DNA from: an uncultured Chloroflexia bacterium
GTDB taxonomy: Bacteria > Chloroflexota > Limnocylindria > Limnocylindrales > CSP1-4
NCBI GenBank assembly: GCA_963720755.1
Contig: CAVRGP010000002.1
Span: forward strand, 288,001-352,000
Reading direction: 5' to 3'
DNA: 64,000 nt
Shown piece by piece: positions 51,906-60,382 of this stretch. A model generated the notes under the pieces. That model saw nothing but the letters and a program-made list of their open reading frames with translations, had not been told where the DNA came from and did no database searches. Position 1 is the first letter of the stretch. The number at the start of each line of letters is the position of its first letter. Made by a program: the position numbers and the translations under genes.

Positions 51906-52874
51906 ATGTCTGGACCACTCACCGACGCCGGTGAGACCACTGTTGCCGAGCTCGCTGCTCGCTACCGCGTGAGCAAGGAGGCCGTGCGGGCGCTGCTGGA
52001 TGCGGTGATCCGTGGCCGTGGCTCGATGGCCCAGTTCTCCCATCCTGACCTGGGCGGCAGCGGCCAGTGGATGCGCGGCGGCATGACGATGGTCGGCGAC
52101 ATGTTCAACCCGGGCCTGCAATCGGCCGTCAGCGGCATCTGCTCGGAACTGTCGTCCCAGCTGGCAGAGGGTGCGGTGCTTGTCACCGAGCCCAGCCGGG
52201 GGGCGGTGACCGATTCAGCTGGCGACCAGCGGAGCCGACGTGGCTCGAGCACGGGTGGCAGTGACTGGTGGCCGTCGGAGTTGGGTCGGCCGAGTTCCTC
52301 CGGTGGCCAGAACGACGACGCCTACGCCTATTTCCCGGGCACCCGCCGGTTGGCCGTCCGCCGCGGCGGCGCCATCACGATCTACGACACCGGCGATCAC
52401 CAGATCTCCGGGGTCCAGCAGCAGCAGGGTTCACGGGGGACGCAGGAGTTCACCAGCCAGCGAGGGACCTTCACCGTCGACAGCCTGCCGGTGGTGGAAG
52501 ACGCCGGGCCGGGCAGCGCCGCCGCCGCTCAGCAGCCCCAGTCGTTGGACGTCCGGTCCCCGGACCGGATCGGGTCGCCGTCGACCCCGCGGCATCCGTC
52601 GTCGGAAGCTGCCGCCGAGGACGTCACGACGACTCCGTCCGCCCCGCCGGCCCACCGCCCCTTCACGTCGCCGACCGCAGCCACGTCGCCGCCGGAATCC
52701 GGACCGGTTCCTGCCGCGTCACACCCGGTGCAGTCATCGGGTACCGCCGGCCGGGCGTCGACCCCGGCGGACATCGGCGCGGCCATCGAAACCCTGGCCG
52801 GCCTGCGGGACAAGGGTTTTCTGACCGACGAGGAATTCAGCGCCAAGAAGACCGAGCTGTTGGCCCGGCTCTGA
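51906..52874 (+). CDS. SHOCT domain protein
   Basis: AQFSHPDLGGSGQWM, WWPSELG, C-terminal LRDKGFLTDEEFSAKKTELL. Confidence 0.88.
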   Translation: MSGPLTDAGETTVAELAARYRVSKEAVRALLDAVIRGRGSMAQFSHPDLGGSGQWMRGGMTMVGDMFNPGLQSAVSGICSELSSQLAEGAVLVTEPSRGAVTDSAGDQRSRRGSSTGGSDWWPSELGRPSSSGGQNDDAYAYFPGTRRLAVRRGGAITIYDTGDHQISGVQQQQGSRGTQEFTSQRGTFTVDSLPVVEDAGPGSAAAAQQPQSLDVRSPDRIGSPSTPRHPSSEAAAEDVTTTPSAPPAHRPFTSPTAATSPPESGPVPAASHPVQSSGTAGRASTPADIGAAIETLAGLRDKGFLTDEEFSAKKTELLARL

Positions 52875-52878
52875 CGTC

Positions 52879-53391
52879 ATGATGTCGTCCGGTTCCGTCG
52901 TCCACGCGGTGGTGGATTCCCCGGTCGGTGAGTTGACGCTGGTCGGCCGCGACGGAGCACTGGCGGGCGTCTACTTCCCGGAGCATGTGCGTCGTCCCGA
53001 CGAGGCCTCGTTCGGCGCCCGGGACGACGATGCCTTCGTCATCGCCGTGGAACAACTCACGGCGTATTTCGCCGGCCGCCGCACGGTGTTCGAGTTGCCG
53101 CTGGACCCGGTGGGAAATGCGTTCCAGCGCAAGGTCTGGGCGCAGCTGACGCTGATCCCGTACGGCCAGACCCGCACCTACGGGGAGCTGGCCGTCGCCC
53201 TCGGCGACCCGAGGCTGGCCAGGGCGGTCGGCGCCGCGAACGGGCAGAACCCGCTGTCGATCATCGTGCCGTGCCACCGGGTGGTGGGTTCGGACGGGAA
53301 GCTGACCGGCTACGCCGGCGGGCTGCCACGCAAGCGGTTCCTGCTCGACCTGGAGACACCGGTCGACCAGCGGGCCGACGCACTGTTCTGA
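52879..53391 (+). CDS. ogt: Methylated-DNA--protein-cysteine methyltransferase
   Basis: FQRKVW, IPYG, RAVG, IVPCHRV, GYAGG. Confidence 0.95.
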   Translation: MMSSGSVVHAVVDSPVGELTLVGRDGALAGVYFPEHVRRPDEASFGARDDDAFVIAVEQLTAYFAGRRTVFELPLDPVGNAFQRKVWAQLTLIPYGQTRTYGELAVALGDPRLARAVGAANGQNPLSIIVPCHRVVGSDGKLTGYAGGLPRKRFLLDLETPVDQRADALF

Positions 53392-53555
53392 ACGACCCGG
53401 GCTCCCGCCGGCGGGGCCCGCGACCCGCCACGCGGTCGCACACTCTCCCGCGTCGCGACTGAACCGCCTCAACCGTTCCACGCCCGGTTCTGGTCGAGCG
53501 TGGTTCACCCGGCACGCCTGGGTGGCCAGCTCGCCCGCGATCGCCGGGCGTCAGG

Positions 53556-53584
53556 TTGACAACGGTGCGATCCGCAGCGATTGT
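53556..53584 (+). promoter_or_regulatory. Probable leaderless promoter
   Basis: TTGACA, 17 nt, GATTGT, 6 nt, ATG at 53591. Confidence 0.55.
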
Positions 53585-53590
53585 CGAAGC

Positions 53591-53699
53591 ATGCCCGCAG
53601 CGTGTCCGGTCCCGGTCCGGGCCGAGCTGCATCCTGACCCGTTGTCGCTACGTCGACAACATGCGGAGTTGCTCCGCCATCTGTCCCGTTTGCCGCTGA
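53591..53699 (+). CDS. Cys-rich leader peptide (one apparent extra G at 53619-53621)
   Basis: MPAACPVPVR/PSCILTRCRYVDNMRSCSAICPVCR*; resembles actinobacterial LxRxxHVDxxRxxSAxC leader peptides. Confidence 0.65.
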
Positions 53700-53865
53700 A
53701 ACCCCGCGTCGCGCCATCGCGACGTCGTCGGGATCCCGTGTGTCGCCCCATCGCGGGGGTGACAGCTCACCCCCACGCGACTCGAACGCGGCCGGTCCTG
53801 CCACGCGGCCCGTACCACCGAACCCCAGCACACCTCGCCCATCATGAATGAGAAGGAAACACCCG

Positions 53866-54382
53866 ATGTCCGTCACCGACGAACTCCTGACCAACGCCGA
53901 GCAGTACGCCGCATCCTTCGACAAGGGCGATCTGCCGTTGCCGCCCGCCAAGCACATCGCCGTGGTGGCCTGCATGGATGCCCGGCTCAACGTCTACGGA
54001 CTGCTGGGCCTGAGCGAGGGCGACGCCCATGTGATCCGCAACGCCGGCGGCATCGTCACGCAGGACGAGCTCCGCTCGCTGGCCATCAGCCAGCGGCTGC
54101 TGGGAACCACCGAGATCGTGCTGATCCACCACACCGACTGCGGCATGCTGACCTTCACCGATGACGCCTTCCGGACCTCGATCGAGTCCGAGACCGGAGT
54201 CAAGCCGACCTGGGCCGCAGAGGCGTTCACCGACCTGGATGCCGACGTGCTGCCAGAAATCGGCCGGATCCAGGCGGAGACCGCCATCCCCGTCAAGGAT
54301 TCCATCCGTGGATTCGTCTACGACGTCGCGACCGGCGTCGCTGCGAGAGGTGAAGTGCAAGATGCCCTGTCCAAGGTCCTGA
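53866..54382 (+). CDS. Beta-class carbonic anhydrase, Rv1284/clade D-like (3' end ambiguous)
   Basis: CMDARL, VIRNAGG, RSLAISQRLLGT, HHTDCGM, GFVYDVATG; AAGGA RBS. Confidence 0.9.
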
Positions 54383-54861
54383 CGTTCCCGAACCCGGTCA
54401 ACGAGTACGCGGCGCGTTCGGTGGCTGCGATGGTGGTGGTGTTGTCCGCCGCGACCGTGGTGTTTCAGACGCCCTGGCTGCTCTGGCCGCTGGCTCTCGG
54501 GTTTCTCGCGAGAGTGGCGTCAGGACCACGGTTCTCGCCGTTCGGGCTGCTGGCGACGAAGGTGATCGCCCCTCGCCTGGGGCCGCCGAAGCTGGTCCCG
54601 GGCCCGCCGAAGCGGTTCGCCCAGGCCATCGGGGCAACGTTGTCGGTGGCCGCGCTGGTGGCGTTCTACCTGGGTGCGCCGACGGTGTCCTGGGTGCTGG
54701 TCGCCCTGATCACCGTCGCCGCGCTCGCTGAATCGGCGCTCGGATTCTGCCTGGGCTGCGCCATCTTCGGCCGGCTGCAGGCGATCGGCGTCATCCCGGC
54801 GTCGGTGTGCGAGGCCTGCAACGACATCCGGCTGCGACCCAGGGCCGCCAGTTCCGTGTGA
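54367..54861 (+). CDS. DUF4395 membrane protein (in frame with the CA in this assembly)
   Basis: FPNPVNEYAAR, GPPKRFAQAIG, LESALGFCLGC, C-terminal CEAC. Confidence 0.85.
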   Translation: MSKVLTFPNPVNEYAARSVAAMVVVLSAATVVFQTPWLLWPLALGFLARVASGPRFSPFGLLATKVIAPRLGPPKLVPGPPKRFAQAIGATLSVAALVAFYLGAPTVSWVLVALITVAALAESALGFCLGCAIFGRLQAIGVIPASVCEACNDIRLRPRAASSV

Positions 54862-54944
54862 CCGCGACAGGTGCCGGACGGCGGGCCGGCCCGGCGGACT
54901 GCGCTGCGGGCGAACGCAGTCGGTGGCGGGTGGGGGTGGAACGG

Positions 54945-55631
54945 TCAAAGCCCCCACACCTGCAGAAGCGGCCCGGCGTCCTGCAGGGAGTCAAGGAGCA
55001 CCTCCGCGCCGAGCGGGGCCATCGACTCCACCGAATGCCGACCGGTGCCCACCAGTGCGCAGGGCAGTCCCAACGCGCGGGCGCAGCGAAAGTCCCGCGG
55101 GGTGTCGCCCACGATCCAGCAGTCCCGCAACGCGAACCCGCCGCCTGCCGCGGCCAGCCGATCCAGCGCGAGCTGCGCCACGGCCACCCGATCCCGGCCA
55201 CCGTCACCGAACCCGCCGAGGTCGGGGACGATCGGCGGGGCGAGCCCGGACGCGGCGAGCTTGATCCGTCCCACGACGTCGATGTTGCCGGTGACAACGG
55301 TTTGTCGTACTCCCGCGTCGCCGAGCAGCGCGACCAGCGACCGCACCCCGGGGAGCACCGCCACCTGCTGGTGAAAGTCGTCGACCCGCTCGGCCGCGAT
55401 CTCCCGGAGCCTGGCCAGCACCGGTGACACCAGATCCTTGTCCGCGCCGATGGAGGCCAGCAGCGCGGCTGCGATCTCGGGGTCGATCCGGCCACCCAGG
55501 TCAAGCCCGCGGCCTTCCGGCCGGACTGCCGTGACCTGTTCGACGGCGTCCAGGAACGCCGTGTACGCAACGGTTCCGGACGTCAGCAGGGTGCCGTCGA
55601 TATCCCACAGCACCGCCGCGACCCGGCTCAC
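54945..55631 (-). CDS. HAD-family hydrolase, translationally coupled to larC
   Basis: LWDIDGTLL, VTGN, VGDTPRD; GTGA overlap with the larC stop. Confidence 0.9.
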   Translation of the reverse strand: MSRVAAVLWDIDGTLLTSGTVAYTAFLDAVEQVTAVRPEGRGLDLGGRIDPEIAAALLASIGADKDLVSPVLARLREIAAERVDDFHQQVAVLPGVRSLVALLGDAGVRQTVVTGNIDVVGRIKLAASGLAPPIVPDLGGFGDGGRDRVAVAQLALDRLAAAGGGFALRDCWIVGDTPRDFRCARALGLPCALVGTGRHSVESMAPLGAEVLLDSLQDAGPLLQVWGL

Positions 55632-56873
55632 CGGTCCGCCCGAAGCCCGGACGGCAGCCGAGCGCCCGGTGTCAAACCTGCGGCACCCGCTGCAGCAACC
55701 GCGGCGGTCAGCACTTCCCGCGGCGGGCGGCCACCGGTCAGTGCCAGCGCAGCGATGTCATCGAACTCCGGGGTGGCCTGCACGATGAAGCCGCCCCGGT
55801 GGGCGATCTTGATCGGCACGGAGCCGGCATCGATGGCCACGTCGACCCATCCGCGGGGGAGGGCGTACTTGCTGCACCGGGTGCTCGCGCAGCCCGATGG
55901 TGCTGGTCCAGTCGAAGATCACCGCGCGCAGCGCGGCGGCCGACTCCGGGGCGCAGAGCACGCACACGGTGTGTGCGGGCCGGCCCTTCTTCATCAGGAT
56001 CGGCACCAGCCAGGCGTCGTCGGCTCCCACCCGGAGCAGCCGGTCCAGCACCCCCGGCCAGAGCCGCGGGTCGAGGTCATCGACGTTGGCCTCCAGTACC
56101 ACCGCCGCGGTCCCTGTCGGCGGCGGTGTCCGGTCCGAGTGAGCCGGGGTGGTGGAGCCGAGCACCACCCGGGTGACGTTCGGCCGTCCCGGGACATCCT
56201 TGGAGCCGGCGCCGACCCCGACCGCCCGCACAGTCAGTTCGGGCAGTTCCTCGCAGGCGTCGCACAGGGCCGCGACCATTGCCATCCCGGTAGGAGTGGT
56301 GAGCTCGCCGTCGCCGCCGGCGAACACCGTCCATCCGACCGCGAGCTGCGCGACAGCGGGGACCGGGACGGGGATCTCGCCGTGGTCGGCCCGAACCCGG
56401 CCGGACCCCACTGCCACCGCGCCAGCGGACATCGTGCCGACCCCGAGGTCGGCCAGCGCTGCGCACACCCCGACGATGTCCGCGATCGAGTCCAGTGCGC
56501 CGACCTCGTGGAAGTGCACGTCGGCCGCGGGGATGCCGTGTACGGTGCCCTCTGCTTCGGCCAATCTCGAGAAGACTTGCAGCGCGCGGGATCTGACGGA
56601 GTCCACCAAGTCGGCCTGCGTCAGCAGGTTCGCGATGCTCCGCCAGGTGCGATGTGGGGGATCCGCGGCGATCACGTCGACATCGAGCTTGGTGGCGCGT
56701 AACCCGGCCCTGGTCACGGTCGAGACCCGCAGTGCCACCGCGTCGGAGATCACCGCCCGCACCGCGTTGTCCACCGCATCGAGATCGGCTCCGGCATCCA
56801 GCAGGGCGCCCAGCAGCATGTCGCCGGCAACCCCGGCCGAGGCATCGATCCAGAGGTGGTCGGTCGCCGTCAT
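55628..56873 (-). CDS. larC: Nickel insertase for the nickel-pincer cofactor, frameshifted near 55875
   Basis: GVAGDMLLGAL, VHFHEVGALDSIADI, GELTTPTG, EANVDD, MKKGRP, STIGLR; C-terminal PEFDD in the 55628..55840 frame. Confidence 0.92.
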
Positions 56874-57673
56874 CCCGGGACGTCGCGATCGGGGGCGGCG
56901 ATCTGCGCAGCCAGATGTCCGGCACCATAACCATTGTCGATGTTGACCACGGCGACCCCCGGCGCGCAGGCGTTCAACATGGCCAGCAGCGCGGCCAGCC
57001 CTTCGAAGGCGGCGCCATAACCGACCGAGGTCGGGACGGCGATCACCGGAGCAGAGACCAAACCGGCCACGACACTGGGCAACGCCCCGTCCATGCCGGC
57101 GGCAACCACCAGAACCCTTGCCGCGCGGAGGTTGTCCAGCTGACCGAGGATGCGATGCAGGCCGGCGACGCCCACGTCGACGACAATCTCGGCGGAGCGG
57201 CCGAGATACCGTGCGGTGAGCAGTGCCTCGCGGGCAACGGCCAGGTCGGAGGTGCCGGCCGCCACCACCAGCACCGACCCGCCGGTTGGCTCGGGCACCG
57301 CGGGGGGCCAGGCCAGGAAACGGGCCTCCCGGTCGTGGTAGGCGTCGGGTAGTTCGGCGAGCACGGCCGCGGCATGCTGCTCGGACGCCCGGGTGAAAAG
57401 AGTGACAACGGTGGGATGATCGCGCACGGCCGCCGCGATCGCGGCGACCTGCGCTGCGGTCTTTCCCGCGCAGTAGATGGCCTCCGGGTAGCCGCGGCGG
57501 GCGGTGCGGTCCAGGTCCAGGGTGGCGATGCCGGGAATCGCCCCGGACGATGGTGCGGCCGAGGCGGAATCGTCGGCAGCGATGGAGCCATTGGTGACGT
57601 CAGCCTTGGCGGGATCTGCAGAACCGGCGGCGCACGCACCATCGACCCGCATCCCGGTGAGTGCCTCAGCCAT
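56870..57673 (-). CDS. larB: NaAD carboxylase/hydrolase
   Basis: GYPEAIYCAGKT, AGTSDL, DVGVAGLHR, AGMDGAL, VPTSVGYG, VVNIDNGYGA. Confidence 0.95.
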   Translation of the reverse strand: MAEALTGMRVDGACAAGSADPAKADVTNGSIAADDSASAAPSSGAIPGIATLDLDRTARRGYPEAIYCAGKTAAQVAAIAAAVRDHPTVVTLFTRASEQHAAAVLAELPDAYHDREARFLAWPPAVPEPTGGSVLVVAAGTSDLAVAREALLTARYLGRSAEIVVDVGVAGLHRILGQLDNLRAARVLVVAAGMDGALPSVVAGLVSAPVIAVPTSVGYGAAFEGLAALLAMLNACAPGVAVVNIDNGYGAGHLAAQIAAPDRDVPG

Positions 57674-58529
57674 GCCCGACCCGGACCAGCGGCAAAGTGA
57701 AGGCGCCCGACTGGATGCCGCCGAGATCGACGGCGACGAAACGGAAACCGGCCCGCTGAACGGCGTCGCGGACGGCGCCCCGAGTGGGGTCGGTGACGGC
57801 GCGGAGCAGATCGTCGGCGGTCAGTTCCACCCGCGCCACCTCCCCGTGATGCCGCACCCGCAGATTCGAGAAGCCCAGCCGGCGCAGCGCTGATTCCGCA
57901 TCATCGATCTGTCGCAGCTTTTCCGGGCTGACGCTCTGATGATGCGGAATCCGCGATGCCAGGCACGGGGCGGCGGGCTTGTCCGCGCAGGGCAACTGCA
58001 GCAACCGCGCGATCCGCCGGACCGCTGACTTCTCCAGGCCCGCAGTCGCCAGCGGTCGCAACACGGAATGCTCAGCGGCGGCCCGCGACCCGGGGCGGTC
58101 CGGACGCACGGCGTCGTCGGCGTTCTCGCCGTAGGCCAGCGCGTCCAGCCGGTGGGCTGTCAGCACGTCGTCATCGATCCGGGTGAACAGTTCGTCCTTG
58201 CAGTGAAAGCACCGGTCGGGCCCGTTCGCCCGGTATGCGGCCCTTTCGGCTTCGCGGGTCTGCACCTCGACGAGCTGCACCCCGATGAACGCGGCGAGAT
58301 CGTGGGCTGCGGCGAGTTCGTCCCGGGCCAGGCTGGGGGAGACCCCCAGGATCGCGATGACCTGGTCCCTGCCGAGGACCCGGGCGGCGAGTGCCAGCAG
58401 GGTCGCGGAGTCGACCCCGCCGGAGAAGGCAACACCGAGCCGCTCGACCCCCGTGAGTTGGGAGCGCAGCGAGTCGCAGGCGACGTCCATCAGCTCGGCG
58501 TCGGCGTCGGCGTCGACGTGCGTGGTCAT
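57666..58529 (-). CDS. larE: ATP-dependent sulfur transferase
   Basis: AFSGGVDS, RCFHCK, GENADD, RPG, PCLASRIP, LRVRHH. Confidence 0.95.
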   Translation of the reverse strand: MTTHVDADADAELMDVACDSLRSQLTGVERLGVAFSGGVDSATLLALAARVLGRDQVIAILGVSPSLARDELAAAHDLAAFIGVQLVEVQTREAERAAYRANGPDRCFHCKDELFTRIDDDVLTAHRLDALAYGENADDAVRPDRPGSRAAAEHSVLRPLATAGLEKSAVRRIARLLQLPCADKPAAPCLASRIPHHQSVSPEKLRQIDDAESALRRLGFSNLRVRHHGEVARVELTADDLLRAVTDPTRGAVRDAVQRAGFRFVAVDLGGIQSGAFTLPLVRVGHG

Positions 58530-58807
58530 CGATGTCCTCCACTGCGCTCTGTGATGCTGCGACGAGCCGACGTCAGGCAAGTGTGCACTGCGTGCGGTCG
58601 GGTCATCCGGTGGGGCATTGCCCCGTTGCTCCTGCGGCCAGTGCAGTCCACGCCGAGAGCCTTGGCAAGCGGTTGCCGAATGTTGCCGACCACCCGGCCA
58701 GGGAGCTGTGAAAGCGGCGGCGGTTCGCCAGCAGTCGGGAGTTGGCCGTCACCACATCACCCGCGCGTGGAGTCGGCGCGCGCGGTCGACCGCGATCTGG
58801 CGGGACG

Positions 58808-58829
58808 CTTGACAGATGTATTTGTCAAG
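58808..58829. promoter_or_regulatory. Operator palindrome containing a -35 TTGACA
   Basis: CTTGACA-gatgtatt-TGTCAAG just upstream of the ArsR-like gene. Confidence 0.65.
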
Positions 58830-58844
58830 GCCAGAGTGAACCGC

Positions 58845-59486
58845 ATGGACCAGGTCGAAGTCATCTCCGACGGCGTTGCCGCGTTGGCTGCGCTGGACCC
58901 GATCCGGGCCCGGCTCCTGGCCGAACTCCGTCTTCCCGCGTCCGCCACCGAGCTGGCGCGCCGCGTCGGGTTGACCCGACAGCGGGTGAACTATCACCTG
59001 CGCAAGCTGGAGGATCAGGGTCTGGTGGTGGCGGCCGAGACCCGGCAGTGGGGCGGGTTGACCGAGCGCCGGCTCGTCGCGTCCGCCGCCGGTTACCTGC
59101 TCTCACCAGCCGCACTGGGCGTGGCCGCCGCCGATCCCGGACCGGTTGGGGACCCTCGGTCCGCCGGCTACCTCACCGCCCTCGCCGGCCGGGTGATCCG
59201 CGAGATCGGCGGCATGCTGGCCGTTTCCGTTGCCGGTGCTGCTCGGGAGCCGGTCCCGGTGCTCGCGCTGGATGCCGAGGTGAAGTTCCGCTCAGCCGCC
59301 GACCGGGCGGCCTTCGCCGACGAGCTTGCGGCCGGCGTCATCGGCCTGATCGCCCGCTATCACGACCAGGACGCACCGCAGGGCCGCTGGCACCGGGTGC
59401 TGGTCGGCGTCCACCCTGTCCCCGCCGACGTCCCCGTCGGACCACCGACCATGCCCGCCGCACAACCTGCCGAGGAGAGCCCATGA
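58845..59486 (+). CDS. ArsR-like HTH regulator
   Basis: LDPIRARLL, PASATELA, RQRVNYHLRKLE, FRSAADRAAF. Confidence 0.9.
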   Translation: MDQVEVISDGVAALAALDPIRARLLAELRLPASATELARRVGLTRQRVNYHLRKLEDQGLVVAAETRQWGGLTERRLVASAAGYLLSPAALGVAAADPGPVGDPRSAGYLTALAGRVIREIGGMLAVSVAGAAREPVPVLALDAEVKFRSAADRAAFADELAAGVIGLIARYHDQDAPQGRWHRVLVGVHPVPADVPVGPPTMPAAQPAEESP

Positions 59487-60310
59487 GTCACTACAACCCC
59501 GACGACCCGACCGCCCGGGTCAGCGCCCACGAGGTGCAGGTGCCCGGATCGCCGGAGCAGGTGTGGCGGGCCATCGCGACGGGCCCCGGGATCGCCACCT
59601 GGTTCGTCCCGGCGCAGGTGCAGGAACACCCGGGCGGTCGCATCGTCACCGACCACGATCCCTACGGCACCTCGGAGGGCGTCGTCACCGACTGGGAACC
59701 TCCGGTCAGGTTCGGCTACGAAGAGCCCCATTGGGATCCGACCCGACCGGACGCCCCGACCTGGGCCACCGAAGTGTTGGTGGAAGCGACGGATGGCGGC
59801 ACCTGCATCGTGCGTCTGGTCAGCGGTTTCTTCTCCGGCGGTGACGGCTGGGAGGACAACCTGAAGGGGACCGCCGAGGGCTGGACCGCGGCCCTGCGCA
59901 ACCTGCGACTCTCGCTTACCCACTTCCCGGGGCTGGCGGCCGCAATGATGGGCGTGCACGGCAAAGTCACCGATCGGAGTCCCGACGAGGTCGGCACGCA
60001 GTTGTTGACCGGGCTTGGCCTTGCCGACGTCAGCGTCGGCGAGCAGGTCCGGCTCGCCGTCGGCCCCTCCGCCGTGACAGGCACCGTGGTGGACACTGCG
60101 GGACGGTCCGTGACCGTGCTGACCCAGCAGCCGCATCCGGGAATCCTGGAGATGGGCGTCTTCGATCACGGCGGGGCCGCCGTGGTGATCCGCTGGTACC
60201 TCTACGGCCCGGGCGCGGACGACGTGGCGGCCGCCCGGTCGGGACCGTGGAGCGAGTGGATCCGGCAACACATCCCCCGCGTCCGGGTGCTGGAACATCA
60301 ACGGCAGTAA
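59483..60310 (+). CDS. SRPBCC (Aha1-like) domain protein
   Basis: PGSPEQVWRAIATGPGIATWF, WEPP, GW..LRNL; ATGA overlap. Confidence 0.88.
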   Translation: MSHYNPDDPTARVSAHEVQVPGSPEQVWRAIATGPGIATWFVPAQVQEHPGGRIVTDHDPYGTSEGVVTDWEPPVRFGYEEPHWDPTRPDAPTWATEVLVEATDGGTCIVRLVSGFFSGGDGWEDNLKGTAEGWTAALRNLRLSLTHFPGLAAAMMGVHGKVTDRSPDEVGTQLLTGLGLADVSVGEQVRLAVGPSAVTGTVVDTAGRSVTVLTQQPHPGILEMGVFDHGGAAVVIRWYLYGPGADDVAAARSGPWSEWIRQHIPRVRVLEHQRQ

Positions 60311-60350
60311 TGGGTTTCGCTGAGCCCGTTTCGCTGGTCCGACCCGGAAT

Positions 60351-60372
60351 GGTGTTGCCCTGAGGCAACACC
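60351..60372 (+). terminator. Perfect hairpin after the SRPBCC gene
   Basis: ggtgttgcc-ctga-ggcaacacc. Confidence 0.55.
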
Positions 60373-60382
60373 AGGCAACCGA

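Noticed and set aside
55860-55890. larC frameshift as programmed ribosomal frameshifting (known for Lactiplantibacillus larC1/larC2)
   Set aside because: The break is near the C-terminus, no slippery run is visible, and one extra base (GTG C AGC) explains it in an indel-rich assembly
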